64,000 bases of DNA from an uncultured virus (IMG/VR IMGVR_UViG_3300009071_002060) (IMGVR_UViG_3300009071_002060:1-64000), one strand, 5' to 3'. Positions 1 through 8,565 are shown, counted from the stretch's first letter. Notes: generated from the letters alone by a model not told the origin. Numbers and translations are program-made.

Positions 1-105
1 CTTTTCTTTTGACTGAATTTTCTCACGTATAAATAGTGTTAGCAACGCCCATTAGTGGACGTCGGATACCTTGGACGCTTTGGTAATCATAAACCATTTA
101 TCTAG

Positions 106-134
106 TTGACTAGTAACGCCCTTCCGTGTATAGT
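106..134 (+). promoter_or_regulatory. sigma70-type promoter
   Basis: TTGACT(106-111)-17 nt-TATAGT(129-134) upstream of ORF 173. Confidence 0.55.
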
Positions 135-172
135 GTGAGAGTACTATTAGCATTAACTTTTAGGTATCACGC

Positions 173-1354
173 ATGTTCACATCTCTTCAGCACCCTGACC
201 GATATGGTTATTATCAAATTGGTAATCGACGTACTTACAGTAAACTAGAGTTCGTTGATTATCTTAATCAATATCCTGCAGACTGGCATTGGGATTACAA
301 CGATGCATTCTTTAGCAGTTTTGATTGGGCAACAGAACCCGCAGAAGATATCAACACACTATATCGTAAGCGAGCAGAAGCACTACGAGAACAATACGAT
401 TACGTTGTTCTCTTCTATTCGGGTGGATACGACAGTTCGAATATGCTATATGCATTTTTGGATAACGGAATTCCTATAGATGAAATCTGTACGTACTATG
501 CAAGTCAGGATACATTCACAGGACAAAAAATAGAACTTGATAATTTTACCTGGCAGAAACTAGATGCCATTGAAAAGAAATATCCCAATATAAAGATCAC
601 ACGTTGGGATTACGGAGATGAATTTTTTAATTGGTCTGACAAAATTAAACAAGCAGGCGCCGGCGCTAACATGTTAGAAATGATAGCAGGAGGACTGATT
701 TCTATTAACCGTATTGTATTAGATTTTGGTCATGAATATGTTCCACACTGGAAGAAGTTGCTCATGCAAGGCAAAAAGGTTGCATGGGTACACGGTGCAG
801 ATAAACCTATGTTGCGATATCACAACGATACGTGGAAATTTAACTTTCATGATGGAATAATCAATGGTCGATTAACTCCAGTACGGCAAATACTTGATCA
901 AGGTGATATTGGAAATATTGAATTATTCTATTGGGCTCCCGATGCGACTTGTGCAAATATTATTATCAAACAATGTCATTTACTTAAAAATTATTACACC
1001 CCACAAGCAAAGATAGACTTTTCTAAAATACCAGGTGTTAAAAAGCATAATATTGAATATGGTTGGGAAATAGATAATATCTCACTTGACTTTGTTAAAC
1101 AACTATATCCAAGACTATTCTCTGGTAACTTGATTTTACCAAATGAAAATTGGTCAACGATTAAAAGTGCCCGCAGTATGTTTGGCAACAGAGATCATTG
1201 GTTCACACAATTAAACCATCATGCAGTAGATGAGTTTCATCGAATGTGGAAAGGAGCAAATAGCTCAATACATTCTCATTGGCATGATTGGTTCCACAAC
1301 GGCACTATCGAAAGCGGTATTCGTAGTTGCATTACACAAGATTATATTATATGA
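173..1354 (+). CDS. PP-loop (N-type ATP pyrophosphatase / asparagine-synthase-like) protein
   Basis: 393 aa ORF with LFYSGGYDSSNML PP-loop motif and a downstream GADKP. Confidence 0.65.
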   Translation: MFTSLQHPDRYGYYQIGNRRTYSKLEFVDYLNQYPADWHWDYNDAFFSSFDWATEPAEDINTLYRKRAEALREQYDYVVLFYSGGYDSSNMLYAFLDNGIPIDEICTYYASQDTFTGQKIELDNFTWQKLDAIEKKYPNIKITRWDYGDEFFNWSDKIKQAGAGANMLEMIAGGLISINRIVLDFGHEYVPHWKKLLMQGKKVAWVHGADKPMLRYHNDTWKFNFHDGIINGRLTPVRQILDQGDIGNIELFYWAPDATCANIIIKQCHLLKNYYTPQAKIDFSKIPGVKKHNIEYGWEIDNISLDFVKQLYPRLFSGNLILPNENWSTIKSARSMFGNRDHWFTQLNHHAVDEFHRMWKGANSSIHSHWHDWFHNGTIESGIRSCITQDYII

Positions 1355-2619
1355 TTGAAGTTGTAATTGCATTAGCGGCCGGAATATGTGCAGGTGTGTT
1401 TGCTGGGTTAATACCCGGTGTTCCAATTATGATGGGCTTTATGCTTTTCTTGCCAATGGTCAGTGCTGATGCATTTTGTTTAAGTTTGTATGGAGTGGTA
1501 ATGACTCTTGGTACACAGTTCTTTGGTAGCCAAGCAGTATTGTATTATCGTATTCCTGGGGAAACCAGCAGTTTCCCCACATTAATTGAAAGCAAAAACT
1601 TTACAACACCTGAACAACTACGTCATACTATACAAGTGACAACCTGGGGCAGTCTTGTTGCAACTATAATTGCATTGTTGCTATTATCGTTGGCTCTTAC
1701 AAGTGGTGCATTAGATTGGGTCAAGCTCAGCATTGAATTTAGAGGTCTTGTGTTTGCATTGCTTATTGGTATGTGTATATTTGGTAATGGTCATGCATTG
1801 GCAAATATTGTTATTCTTGGTCTAGCAAGTTTCTTTGCATTCTACGAAGACATTGCTCCGCTAACAGGATTTATGCCTACCTACTACTTTAGCAGTATGT
1901 TGTCTCTTATTATTATCTTCGCAATGCAGTTGGTATGGAATAGTTCTGACAGGTTTAAAACATACTCAGTTGGAACACATTCAACGTTTAAACTACGCGA
2001 GTGGTTGCCTTTTTATGCAAAATATGGATCTCTTGGAACCGTGTTTGGACTGGTACCACAACTAGGTGCTACCTTTAGCAGTTATCTTACTTACTCGTGG
2101 TTAAAGAAGAATAATGCCAGTCCGACACACAGAGTTGCCGGAGCAGAAACAGCGAATAACGGAGCAATAGTATTTCAATGGTTTCCGTTGTTTTTGTTTG
2201 GTATTCCAATTACAGGCAGTGAGATAATGCTAGTATCTCATTTTAATCAATTAGGACTTGATTTTAGTTTTCTTAAAGACTGGACTCAAGTTGCATGGCT
2301 TGCAGGATTGATCGCACTAGCAGGATTAATCTACACTAGAATTTGCTTAACGACGAATCAATTACTTTATAAAGTGGTTGGAAGAGCATTGAGCTCACGT
2401 TACCTCACAATCGCTATTGCGTTTGGAAGCATGTACTTATTTTATTGGGTTGGTAATTACACTGCTAAGTTTATGTTAATCCATTTAATGATTTTCATTC
2501 CGGTCAGTTGGATAGTAGCTAAATTAAAAGTAAACCTATTAGCAGTTACTATTGGAATGATATTGATGAGTGAGATACTTCTTACTTTTTATCAACTGTT
2601 ACAAATTCACATTCTATAA
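1351..2619 (+). CDS. tctA: TctA-like tripartite tricarboxylate transporter permease
   Basis: Many hydrophobic helices; GxxAGLIPG, RIPGETSS and GAETANNGA motifs typical of TctA; ATG overlaps the upstream stop (ATGA). Confidence 0.7.
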   Translation: MIEVVIALAAGICAGVFAGLIPGVPIMMGFMLFLPMVSADAFCLSLYGVVMTLGTQFFGSQAVLYYRIPGETSSFPTLIESKNFTTPEQLRHTIQVTTWGSLVATIIALLLLSLALTSGALDWVKLSIEFRGLVFALLIGMCIFGNGHALANIVILGLASFFAFYEDIAPLTGFMPTYYFSSMLSLIIIFAMQLVWNSSDRFKTYSVGTHSTFKLREWLPFYAKYGSLGTVFGLVPQLGATFSSYLTYSWLKKNNASPTHRVAGAETANNGAIVFQWFPLFLFGIPITGSEIMLVSHFNQLGLDFSFLKDWTQVAWLAGLIALAGLIYTRICLTTNQLLYKVVGRALSSRYLTIAIAFGSMYLFYWVGNYTAKFMLIHLMIFIPVSWIVAKLKVNLLAVTIGMILMSEILLTFYQLLQIHIL

Positions 2620-2630
2620 GGAGAATTAAA

Positions 2631-3461
2631 GTGAAAAAATTACTAATTGCCGCAACGATGTTGTGTTTGCCGTTTACAGCAAATGCCGCAGATATTATTC
2701 CTACTGCAAACCTCAAAGGTCCACAAGGAAAAATAGTACAGAATATTATTGCTAATTCTGTAACAACAAAGTTTGTAGCAAAGCAAACAGGTGGATGTGG
2801 AGAAGCCGTAGCAACATTTGAATCTGCTACAGGTCCTGTTGCTATTATATGGAGTAACTCCATGTACAGGAATAGCAAGAAGGCAAACCAAAATTGTATT
2901 ATCAAACACGATGAAGCCAGATCTGTTATGCAGGCTCGTGTACCATACGACATTTGTGTTACAAAAGGAGTCAACCTAGTTAAAGGCACTGACATGGCTT
3001 TTGGCAATAACAAGTTTAATCCACAAATTGATCAACTTGCAGATCTTAACACAAACGGATTAGGTATTGAGTTTAGAACTGTTACATATAGAGGCAGTGG
3101 CCCAGTAGCCGCCGCAGTTGGCAATGGAGATGTTAATATTGGAATTATTGCAACTCCAAGTGCAAAGAAAGCAATTGAAGCAGGAAGTATTCAATGCTTG
3201 TATTCAACAGGATCAGACCGTTACGGTCAACTGCCAATGTCAGAGTTTGTTCCTGGTACAAAACTTGCTAACTACAATCTTGGTATGATGGTGTTTACTC
3301 GTAACATGAGCAAAGCAGATCACGCCGCATTGGTTTCAGAACTTGAGCCACTTGAAGAAGCTCTAGTAATGCAAGACATGTTTGATGTCAAAGTTGATCT
3401 CGAAGATGCAGATACTAAAGCATTTATTGAAGAAGCAAAGAGCTTAGAAAACACTAACTAA
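2631..3461 (+). CDS. tctC: TctC/Bug-family periplasmic substrate-binding protein
   Basis: Signal peptide MKKLLIAATMLCLPFTANA; VTYRGSGPVAAAVGNGDV resembles the Bug motif VPYKGxGPAxxxxxGGxV; SD AAGGAG; follows the TctA-like gene. Confidence 0.65.
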   Translation: MKKLLIAATMLCLPFTANAADIIPTANLKGPQGKIVQNIIANSVTTKFVAKQTGGCGEAVATFESATGPVAIIWSNSMYRNSKKANQNCIIKHDEARSVMQARVPYDICVTKGVNLVKGTDMAFGNNKFNPQIDQLADLNTNGLGIEFRTVTYRGSGPVAAAVGNGDVNIGIIATPSAKKAIEAGSIQCLYSTGSDRYGQLPMSEFVPGTKLANYNLGMMVFTRNMSKADHAALVSELEPLEEALVMQDMFDVKVDLEDADTKAFIEEAKSLENTN

Positions 3462-3484
3462 GTCTCTTTTGGTAAGATTAATAG

Positions 3485-3513
3485 TAGACCTTCTGTGGTT
3501 ATAATGCTATACT
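3485..3513 (+). promoter_or_regulatory. sigma70-type early promoter
   Basis: TAGACC-17 nt-TATACT. Confidence 0.55.
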
Positions 3514-3551
3514 AGTATAGTAATAACATATAATCACAGAAGGATTCTATT

Positions 3552-3734
3552 ATGACTACTATGACTACTGAACCTATGCCATTTGATTCGCTTGAAGTCC
3601 GTAAGGCTACAAACGGATTTATTTTAATTGTAAATGATATTGAAGGCGATGCACACGAATACGTGTATGACACTTCGCGTAAACTAATGAAAGTGTTAAA
3701 GGCTACACTCGAGCCAAAAAAACCAGGAGTTTAA
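3552..3734 (+). CDS. hypothetical protein
   Basis: 60 aa ORF with AAGGA SD, after a promoter. Confidence 0.6.
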   Translation: MTTMTTEPMPFDSLEVRKATNGFILIVNDIEGDAHEYVYDTSRKLMKVLKATLEPKKPGV

Positions 3735-3739
3735 CTCCA

Positions 3740-4474
3740 ATGGCAACTCTCGAAGAACAACAAAAAACCGTTGACACGATCAAACACGGATTACGTACTT
3801 ACAACATATATGTTTCTGGGTATGGTGGTGAAATGGTACTTAGCAAATGCACCAAAGAACAGTACGAATTTTGGAGCGAGTATGAAGATGATCACGAACG
3901 TGAATTTTTAGATTATATGCTTGAAGAATGCCGACACGACGACGATCTTGAAGAAGATAATATTGAAGGGCAACCATGGGAACATGTTCCTGAATCAGCT
4001 CGATTCGAAAACGGTATGTCATGGTATGACTTTGACGATGTTGAGCATACCAATGGTGCTACCTATAGTGGCGCATATATAACTGTTGAGTCAACAGACA
4101 GTGCTGGGAATATCGAAGAGGTATTTGACGGTTCAGTTGAAGACTTTGAAAGCAAGTTTAAAATTCAAAAATCTGAATTTGATTACGATAAACAAATGAA
4201 TGAACTTGTTGACAAAGACGGACACAACTATATCTTCTTTGGCATGAGTGTTGAAAAAGGTCAATTCAGTAATTTTGAATTTGAATCAATGACGCCACCG
4301 GAATGGGATCGCTTAAAATTTGATGTTATAGAATATCCAAACGGGGATAATATAATTGAAAACTTCAGGTTTGTTGATGCAAAAGGTGAAGATTCCACTG
4401 ACATAGATGTATGGGATCAAGGTGGCGATGGCACAACAGGCAAAGGATTCTATGCTGAGGTATGGGATTATTAA
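3740..4474 (+). CDS. hypothetical highly acidic protein
   Basis: 244 aa, D/E-rich; AGGAG SD. Confidence 0.75.
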   Translation: MATLEEQQKTVDTIKHGLRTYNIYVSGYGGEMVLSKCTKEQYEFWSEYEDDHEREFLDYMLEECRHDDDLEEDNIEGQPWEHVPESARFENGMSWYDFDDVEHTNGATYSGAYITVESTDSAGNIEEVFDGSVEDFESKFKIQKSEFDYDKQMNELVDKDGHNYIFFGMSVEKGQFSNFEFESMTPPEWDRLKFDVIEYPNGDNIIENFRFVDAKGEDSTDIDVWDQGGDGTTGKGFYAEVWDY

Positions 4475-4563
4475 TGGATCCAGACGATTTTCCTTTGATA
4501 TTAGCAATGGTTGTTTCGTTAGGATTTGCAATAGCCGTGCTGGCAGGCATATTTTTAGGTTGA
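4474..4563 (+). CDS. tiny single-pass membrane protein (29 aa)
   Basis: MDPDDFPLILAMVVSLGFAIAVLAGIFLG*; ATG overlaps upstream TAA (TAATG); below the ORF-track cut-off. Confidence 0.5.
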   Translation: MDPDDFPLILAMVVSLGFAIAVLAGIFLG

Positions 4564-4588
4564 CAGCATAAGTCAGACGTGTTAGTAT
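4560..4588 (+). promoter_or_regulatory. sigma70-type early promoter
   Basis: GG-TTGACA-17 nt-TAGTAT. Confidence 0.55.
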
Positions 4589-4621
4589 ACGTATACTAAA
4601 ACAACTAGACAGGTTATCTAG

Positions 4622-4942
4622 ATGGCTTATGCAGTTACACATTCTAAAGTACGTAACGCCTTTAATACACTGAACAAGCAAGTGTTTAGTAACCAGCTAG
4701 ATTTTGAATCAGTTGAGCTGGACATAGATTTCCTGGATACAGAATGGGGATTTTGTATTCCAGAAGACGGTGAAATTATACTGGGTTTAACAGATGAATT
4801 TCCAAACCGTAAAAGTTTCGTAGACGTGCTATGTCACGAAATGATCCACCTATATCAGATAGTAAACAACCTCAACGTTGATCATAAATCTACTTTTAAA
4901 AAGTGGGCCAAGTCAGCAGAAAAACTTGGACATCATGTATGA
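4622..4942 (+). CDS. SprT-like zinc metalloprotease domain protein
   Basis: FNxLNxxxFxNxL N-terminus, LCHEMIHLYQ zincin motif, downstream H..FKKW. Confidence 0.75.
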   Translation: MAYAVTHSKVRNAFNTLNKQVFSNQLDFESVELDIDFLDTEWGFCIPEDGEIILGLTDEFPNRKSFVDVLCHEMIHLYQIVNNLNVDHKSTFKKWAKSAEKLGHHV

Positions 4943-5033
4943 GATGCTTTGGGCGATACTAGTACTAGCTATAATATTCATGTTTCCGATACTACTTCTA
5001 GTGATGTGGAATAACGAAAATCCCCAAAAATAA
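4935..5033 (+). CDS. tiny single-pass membrane protein (32 aa)
   Basis: MYEMLWAILVLAIIFMFPILLLVMWNNENPQK*; overlaps the end of the SprT gene. Confidence 0.45.
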   Translation: MYEMLWAILVLAIIFMFPILLLVMWNNENPQK

Positions 5034-5046
5034 ACGTAAAAAATGG

Positions 5047-5075
5047 TTGACCTTTTGGGGAATCCGTTGTATACT
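5047..5075 (+). promoter_or_regulatory. sigma70-type early promoter
   Basis: GG-TTGACC-17 nt-TATACT, A-tract upstream, TAATAAGGAA downstream. Confidence 0.75.
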
Positions 5076-5106
5076 GTGTATATAATAAGGAATAGAGGAA
5101 CACACA

Positions 5107-5649
5107 ATGAACGCATTAGTTAAACATATTGAAGCAAAAAATGCAAAAACTCAGGAATGGGTAGATGCTGGTCCAGATCGTTGGGCAGGTATGTTGTCAA
5201 CTGATGTTGAGCATTGGGCAGACTATAATGTTACTACTCCAGCCCAGCTGGATAGGTACTTAGATACACAGAGCTTGTATGAGGTGATTTCCGATTGTAC
5301 CTCCAAGTCGTATGCTAGGTCTGAAATAGCCAGGCTTGACACTGTCTCTGAGGAGGATTTCAAGAAGGAGCAGGACTATTGGTTCGCTCAAAGCGAAATT
5401 GCATTCAATGAGGAGGTTGCCGCTAAAGCAAAAGCATTGGCTGACTTTGAAGCTGAGGTTAACGTATGCCTTGAAGCTGGCGCCATTGATAGAGCAACGG
5501 CTCTACGTTGGATGACTGAAGATGAGAGGTTCTATCATTTACAAGATGTAGAACATTGGGTTTGGGATAAAGGTATCCTATTTACAGACGAAGGCAAGGC
5601 TGTCTGTAAGGAATTAGAAGTTCTTATAGAACATGAGGAGGTAGCATAA
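5107..5649 (+). CDS. hypothetical early protein
   Basis: 180 aa ORF, GAGGA SD, directly after an early promoter. Confidence 0.8.
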   Translation: MNALVKHIEAKNAKTQEWVDAGPDRWAGMLSTDVEHWADYNVTTPAQLDRYLDTQSLYEVISDCTSKSYARSEIARLDTVSEEDFKKEQDYWFAQSEIAFNEEVAAKAKALADFEAEVNVCLEAGAIDRATALRWMTEDERFYHLQDVEHWVWDKGILFTDEGKAVCKELEVLIEHEEVA

Positions 5650-5671
5650 TCTGTGATTCCAAAATAAATGG

Positions 5672-5699
5672 TTGACATTTTGGTTAGATGTGTTATACT
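5672..5699 (+). promoter_or_regulatory. sigma70-type early promoter
   Basis: GG-TTGACA-16 nt-TATACT. Confidence 0.7.
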
Positions 5700-5729
5700 G
5701 TATACACAATAAGAAATTAGGAGCAAGAA

Positions 5730-6059
5730 ATGAGCAAAGAGGTAAACGTAGCAGATATCCTGGACCAGGATGATATGGTTGTAAGCACCAAGGGTTTTAC
5801 CCGCGGCCAACTTAAAACTGCTTTTGACAAGTTGACTGAAAAATTGGACGACTGGAAAATGCCTATTAATACTGTTATCCATATTAAGGATTGGTATTTG
5901 ATGATTGAGGCATGTTCTTTTTTCACTGGTAGCCAGCTCTGGCAAGTTAAGGATTTGGGTCTTGGCCTAATGCACGTTAAAGCAGACGGGTACTACAACA
6001 CTGAAGCGAAATTGTTAGCATTCCAGGTAATTCAACTTCCTGACGCAACAGGTGCATAA
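5730..6059 (+). CDS. hypothetical early protein
   Basis: 109 aa, TTAGGAG SD. Confidence 0.75.
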   Translation: MSKEVNVADILDQDDMVVSTKGFTRGQLKTAFDKLTEKLDDWKMPINTVIHIKDWYLMIEACSFFTGSQLWQVKDLGLGLMHVKADGYYNTEAKLLAFQVIQLPDATGA

Positions 6060-6070
6060 GGAGATAAGAT

Positions 6071-6415
6071 ATGGAATACCCCTTAGAAATTGTTGACACT
6101 GGTGATAGTGTCCAGTCCTCTGGTACAAGCCTAATAGGTTATGTAAATGCAACCATCACCGAGATTGAAATTCTCTTTGGTGAGAATCTCGGCCCAAGTG
6201 GTGATGACAAAGTGTTCAATGAATTCCGTGGTGAAGTCCAAAGTAGCGATGGAGACGTTGAAACTGTTACAGTTTATGATTGGAAAGAAAAAAGTCCATT
6301 TACTGCTCAATCAGGAGAGTACCGTTGGCATGTTGGTGGCTTCAATCACGAAGCGGTCTATTTAGTAAATGACCTGCTTGAAGAACTGAGAGTCAAGCAT
6401 GAAAAACTCAGTTGA
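6071..6415 (+). CDS. hypothetical phage protein
   Basis: 114 aa, AAGGAG SD; TVYDWK and WHVGG motifs, which I recall from small phage proteins. Confidence 0.75.
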   Translation: MEYPLEIVDTGDSVQSSGTSLIGYVNATITEIEILFGENLGPSGDDKVFNEFRGEVQSSDGDVETVTVYDWKEKSPFTAQSGEYRWHVGGFNHEAVYLVNDLLEELRVKHEKLS

Positions 6416-6572
6416 ATTTAACAAAGTCTGGATAAGAGAAAACTTTGAACTTTTTTCGCGGAGGTTGTTTGACTTCCACAATGAATACAGTGAATCACAT
6501 GATATCACTGTTGACGAGAGCCGTAACGGCTTTATTACGTACATTGCCAAACTTGAAAAGGAAACAGTGTAA
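6399..6572 (+). CDS. hypothetical protein (57 aa)
   Basis: MKNSVEFNKVWIREN...LEKETV*; fills the gap and is coupled to its neighbours. Confidence 0.55.
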   Translation: MKNSVEFNKVWIRENFELFSRRLFDFHNEYSESHDITVDESRNGFITYIAKLEKETV

Positions 6573-6751
6573 TGGAACTAACTGACCAAGAAGTACTCGA
6601 TTCAACTCGTGCCTTCTGGGAGGCTAAATGCAACAAACATATTCAGATGTACGAATACGGCAAGTATTCGTTTGAAGAGTTTGTTACCAATATGTCCCGC
6701 ATGGGGTGGGATCCTCAAGTCGTCGAAGAGCTTGTCTTAGAAGACGCATAA
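6572..6751 (+). CDS. hypothetical protein (59 aa)
   Basis: MELTDQEVLDSTRAFWEAK...VLEDA*; TAATG overlap with the previous ORF. Confidence 0.6.
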   Translation: MELTDQEVLDSTRAFWEAKCNKHIQMYEYGKYSFEEFVTNMSRMGWDPQVVEELVLEDA

Positions 6752-6765
6752 CAAAGGAGAATAAA

Positions 6766-7002
6766 ATGGGTATCGCATGTGAATATACGTATAAATTTCC
6801 GGTTGATGAATGGGACCGTATTGGAGGGTTGTATAGCCTAGCTGATGTTCCTGTTGTAAGTCACAAAGACCTTACTCGTCTTGGGGAGATTGTTACACGT
6901 GATAAAGATCAAGAACTCTACGAAGTGGTAGACGACCAGAAAGGTTGGACGTTGGTAGTGCCATTTTCTGATGTAAAACCACTAGAACCTATGCCAGCAT
7001 AA
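6766..7002 (+). CDS. hypothetical protein
   Basis: ATG 6766 preceded by AAGGAG; true start is downstream of the track's 6706. Confidence 0.7.
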   Translation: MGIACEYTYKFPVDEWDRIGGLYSLADVPVVSHKDLTRLGEIVTRDKDQELYEVVDDQKGWTLVVPFSDVKPLEPMPA

Positions 7003-7017
7003 TAAAAAAATGCTCCT

Positions 7018-7062
7018 AAAAACCCAGCAGATCGCTAAGTTGTTGATCTTGCTGGGTTTTTT
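7018..7062 (+). terminator. hairpin / intrinsic terminator
   Basis: AAAAACCCAGCAGATC...GATCTTGCTGGGTTTTTT inverted repeat followed by a T-run. Confidence 0.65.
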
Positions 7063-7097
7063 CTTTTAAAAAAATGCACTTTTCTGGCAGATTTTGG

Positions 7098-7126
7098 TTG
7101 ACCATTTGGGAAAGATGTCGTATACT
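7098..7126 (+). promoter_or_regulatory. sigma70-type early promoter
   Basis: GG-TTGACC-17 nt-TATACT, then TAATAAGGAATTAGGAG. Confidence 0.75.
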
Positions 7127-7159
7127 GTATACATAATAAGGAATTAGGAGTTATACCAA

Positions 7160-7360
7160 ATGAAAAATACAGTTATATATGGTGCCGTTATTGTAGCAAT
7201 GTTCGTATCAGTAGGATATGTTGCAAACAATGCTCTAATGATGCCTGATGTGCAGGTTAGCTATTCCACGAAGCATTGTGTGAAAGTGGTTAACTATGCA
7301 GATACCAACTTCTCATGTGAAAATATGCCCAGCAAATTTAATCATGTTTGGGTCAAATAA
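7160..7360 (+). CDS. small membrane-anchored protein
   Basis: 66 aa, N-terminal hydrophobic helix, two Cys; TTAGGAG SD. Confidence 0.7.
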   Translation: MKNTVIYGAVIVAMFVSVGYVANNALMMPDVQVSYSTKHCVKVVNYADTNFSCENMPSKFNHVWVK

Positions 7361-7364
7361 GAGG

Positions 7365-7393
7365 TTGACCATTTGTTATTTGTAGTGTATACT
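7365..7393 (+). promoter_or_regulatory. sigma70-type early promoter
   Basis: GG-TTGACC-17 nt-TATACT, then TAATAAGGAA. Confidence 0.75.
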
Positions 7394-7438
7394 ACAAGTA
7401 TAATAAGGAAACGACGTTAAGGAATTAAGGAGCCAAAC

Positions 7439-8467
7439 ATGTCAAAGAGTTTTATCAAAATTACAGACGGATCTTATCGTAACACAGACGTTAGCGGTCA
7501 GGTGTTCCGTCTTGCAGATCAATTCAAGAGCACTAACAAAGGTGCCTACGTTACAGTTTACAACGATAACAAGTTTATGGGTATGCCTGAAAAACTTCGT
7601 GTTAAGGTAAACAACATGAAAGATTATGAGTTTGTATCTGAAGACAACTTCAACGAAGTTGTTAATACAAACGAAGAGCCGTTTGATGAAGAAAAGCGGA
7701 TGTCGGAAATCCGTGAGCGGTTTGACATTCTAACAGATATGACGACAGCATGTATTGCTGGTGATATCCGTGCAATGATTGTATCGGGACCTCCAGGTGT
7801 TGGTAAGTCTTATGGTGTTGAGAAGGAAGTTGACAAGGCTACATTGTTTGATCAACTTGCTGATCGTCCGTTGAAGGCAGAAGTTGTTAAAGGTTCAACC
7901 AGTGCTATTGGACTGTACACTACACTTTACAAGTACAGTGATGAAAATTGCATGTTGGTTTTTGATGACTGTGACAGTGTACTTGTTGATGATGTTTGTT
8001 TGAACCTACTTAAAGGTGCATTGGACTCAGGTAAGAAACGTAAAATTAGTTGGTTGGCAGACTCCAACTTGCTACGTAGAGAAGGCGTGCCGGATTCATT
8101 TGAATTCAAAGGTTCAGTGGTTTTCATTACCAACCTTAAGTTTGAGAACGTTCGGTCTCAAAAGATGAGAGATCATCTTGATGCTCTTCAGTCACGTTGT
8201 CATTATCTTGATCTTACTCTTGATACTATGCAAGACAAAATGCTTCGTATCAAACAGATTGCAGGTGATGGTGCCTTGTTTGAAGGTTACAACTTCAGCC
8301 AAGAGCAACAGGATTCAATCATCAAGTTCATGGAAACTAACAAGAATAAGTTACGTGAGATGAGCCTTCGAATGGCTCTTAAGATTGGTGATTTGGTTAA
8401 GAGTTTCCCGGATCGTTGGGAAGCGATGGCTTTGGTAACTTGCGCCAAAGGTGCAAGTGCCAAATAA
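7439..8467 (+). CDS. AAA+/P-loop ATPase
   Basis: Walker A GPPGVGKS, Walker B LVFDDCD, FITN sensor, ALQSR arginine finger. Confidence 0.85.
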   Translation: MSKSFIKITDGSYRNTDVSGQVFRLADQFKSTNKGAYVTVYNDNKFMGMPEKLRVKVNNMKDYEFVSEDNFNEVVNTNEEPFDEEKRMSEIRERFDILTDMTTACIAGDIRAMIVSGPPGVGKSYGVEKEVDKATLFDQLADRPLKAEVVKGSTSAIGLYTTLYKYSDENCMLVFDDCDSVLVDDVCLNLLKGALDSGKKRKISWLADSNLLRREGVPDSFEFKGSVVFITNLKFENVRSQKMRDHLDALQSRCHYLDLTLDTMQDKMLRIKQIAGDGALFEGYNFSQEQQDSIIKFMETNKNKLREMSLRMALKIGDLVKSFPDRWEAMALVTCAKGASAK

Positions 8468-8518
8468 GGTGGCACCGGCAATTCCTCCTAGCTCCTAAAG
8501 CTGGTGTCATCTACCTTG

Positions 8519-8555
8519 GTGCTCTAGAGTATTTATACTCTAGGGCACTTTTTTT
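8519..8555 (+). terminator. intrinsic terminator ending the early block
   Basis: GTGCTCTAGAGTA-TTTA-TACTCTAGGGCAC followed by T7. Confidence 0.8.
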
Positions 8556-8565
8556 ACCATACGAT

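Noticed and set aside
173..1354. QueC / 7-deazaguanine DNA modification pathway
   Set aside because: Has the SGGxDS loop but lacks the QueC C-terminal Cys zinc motif; no queD/queE/folE/dpdA recognised in the window
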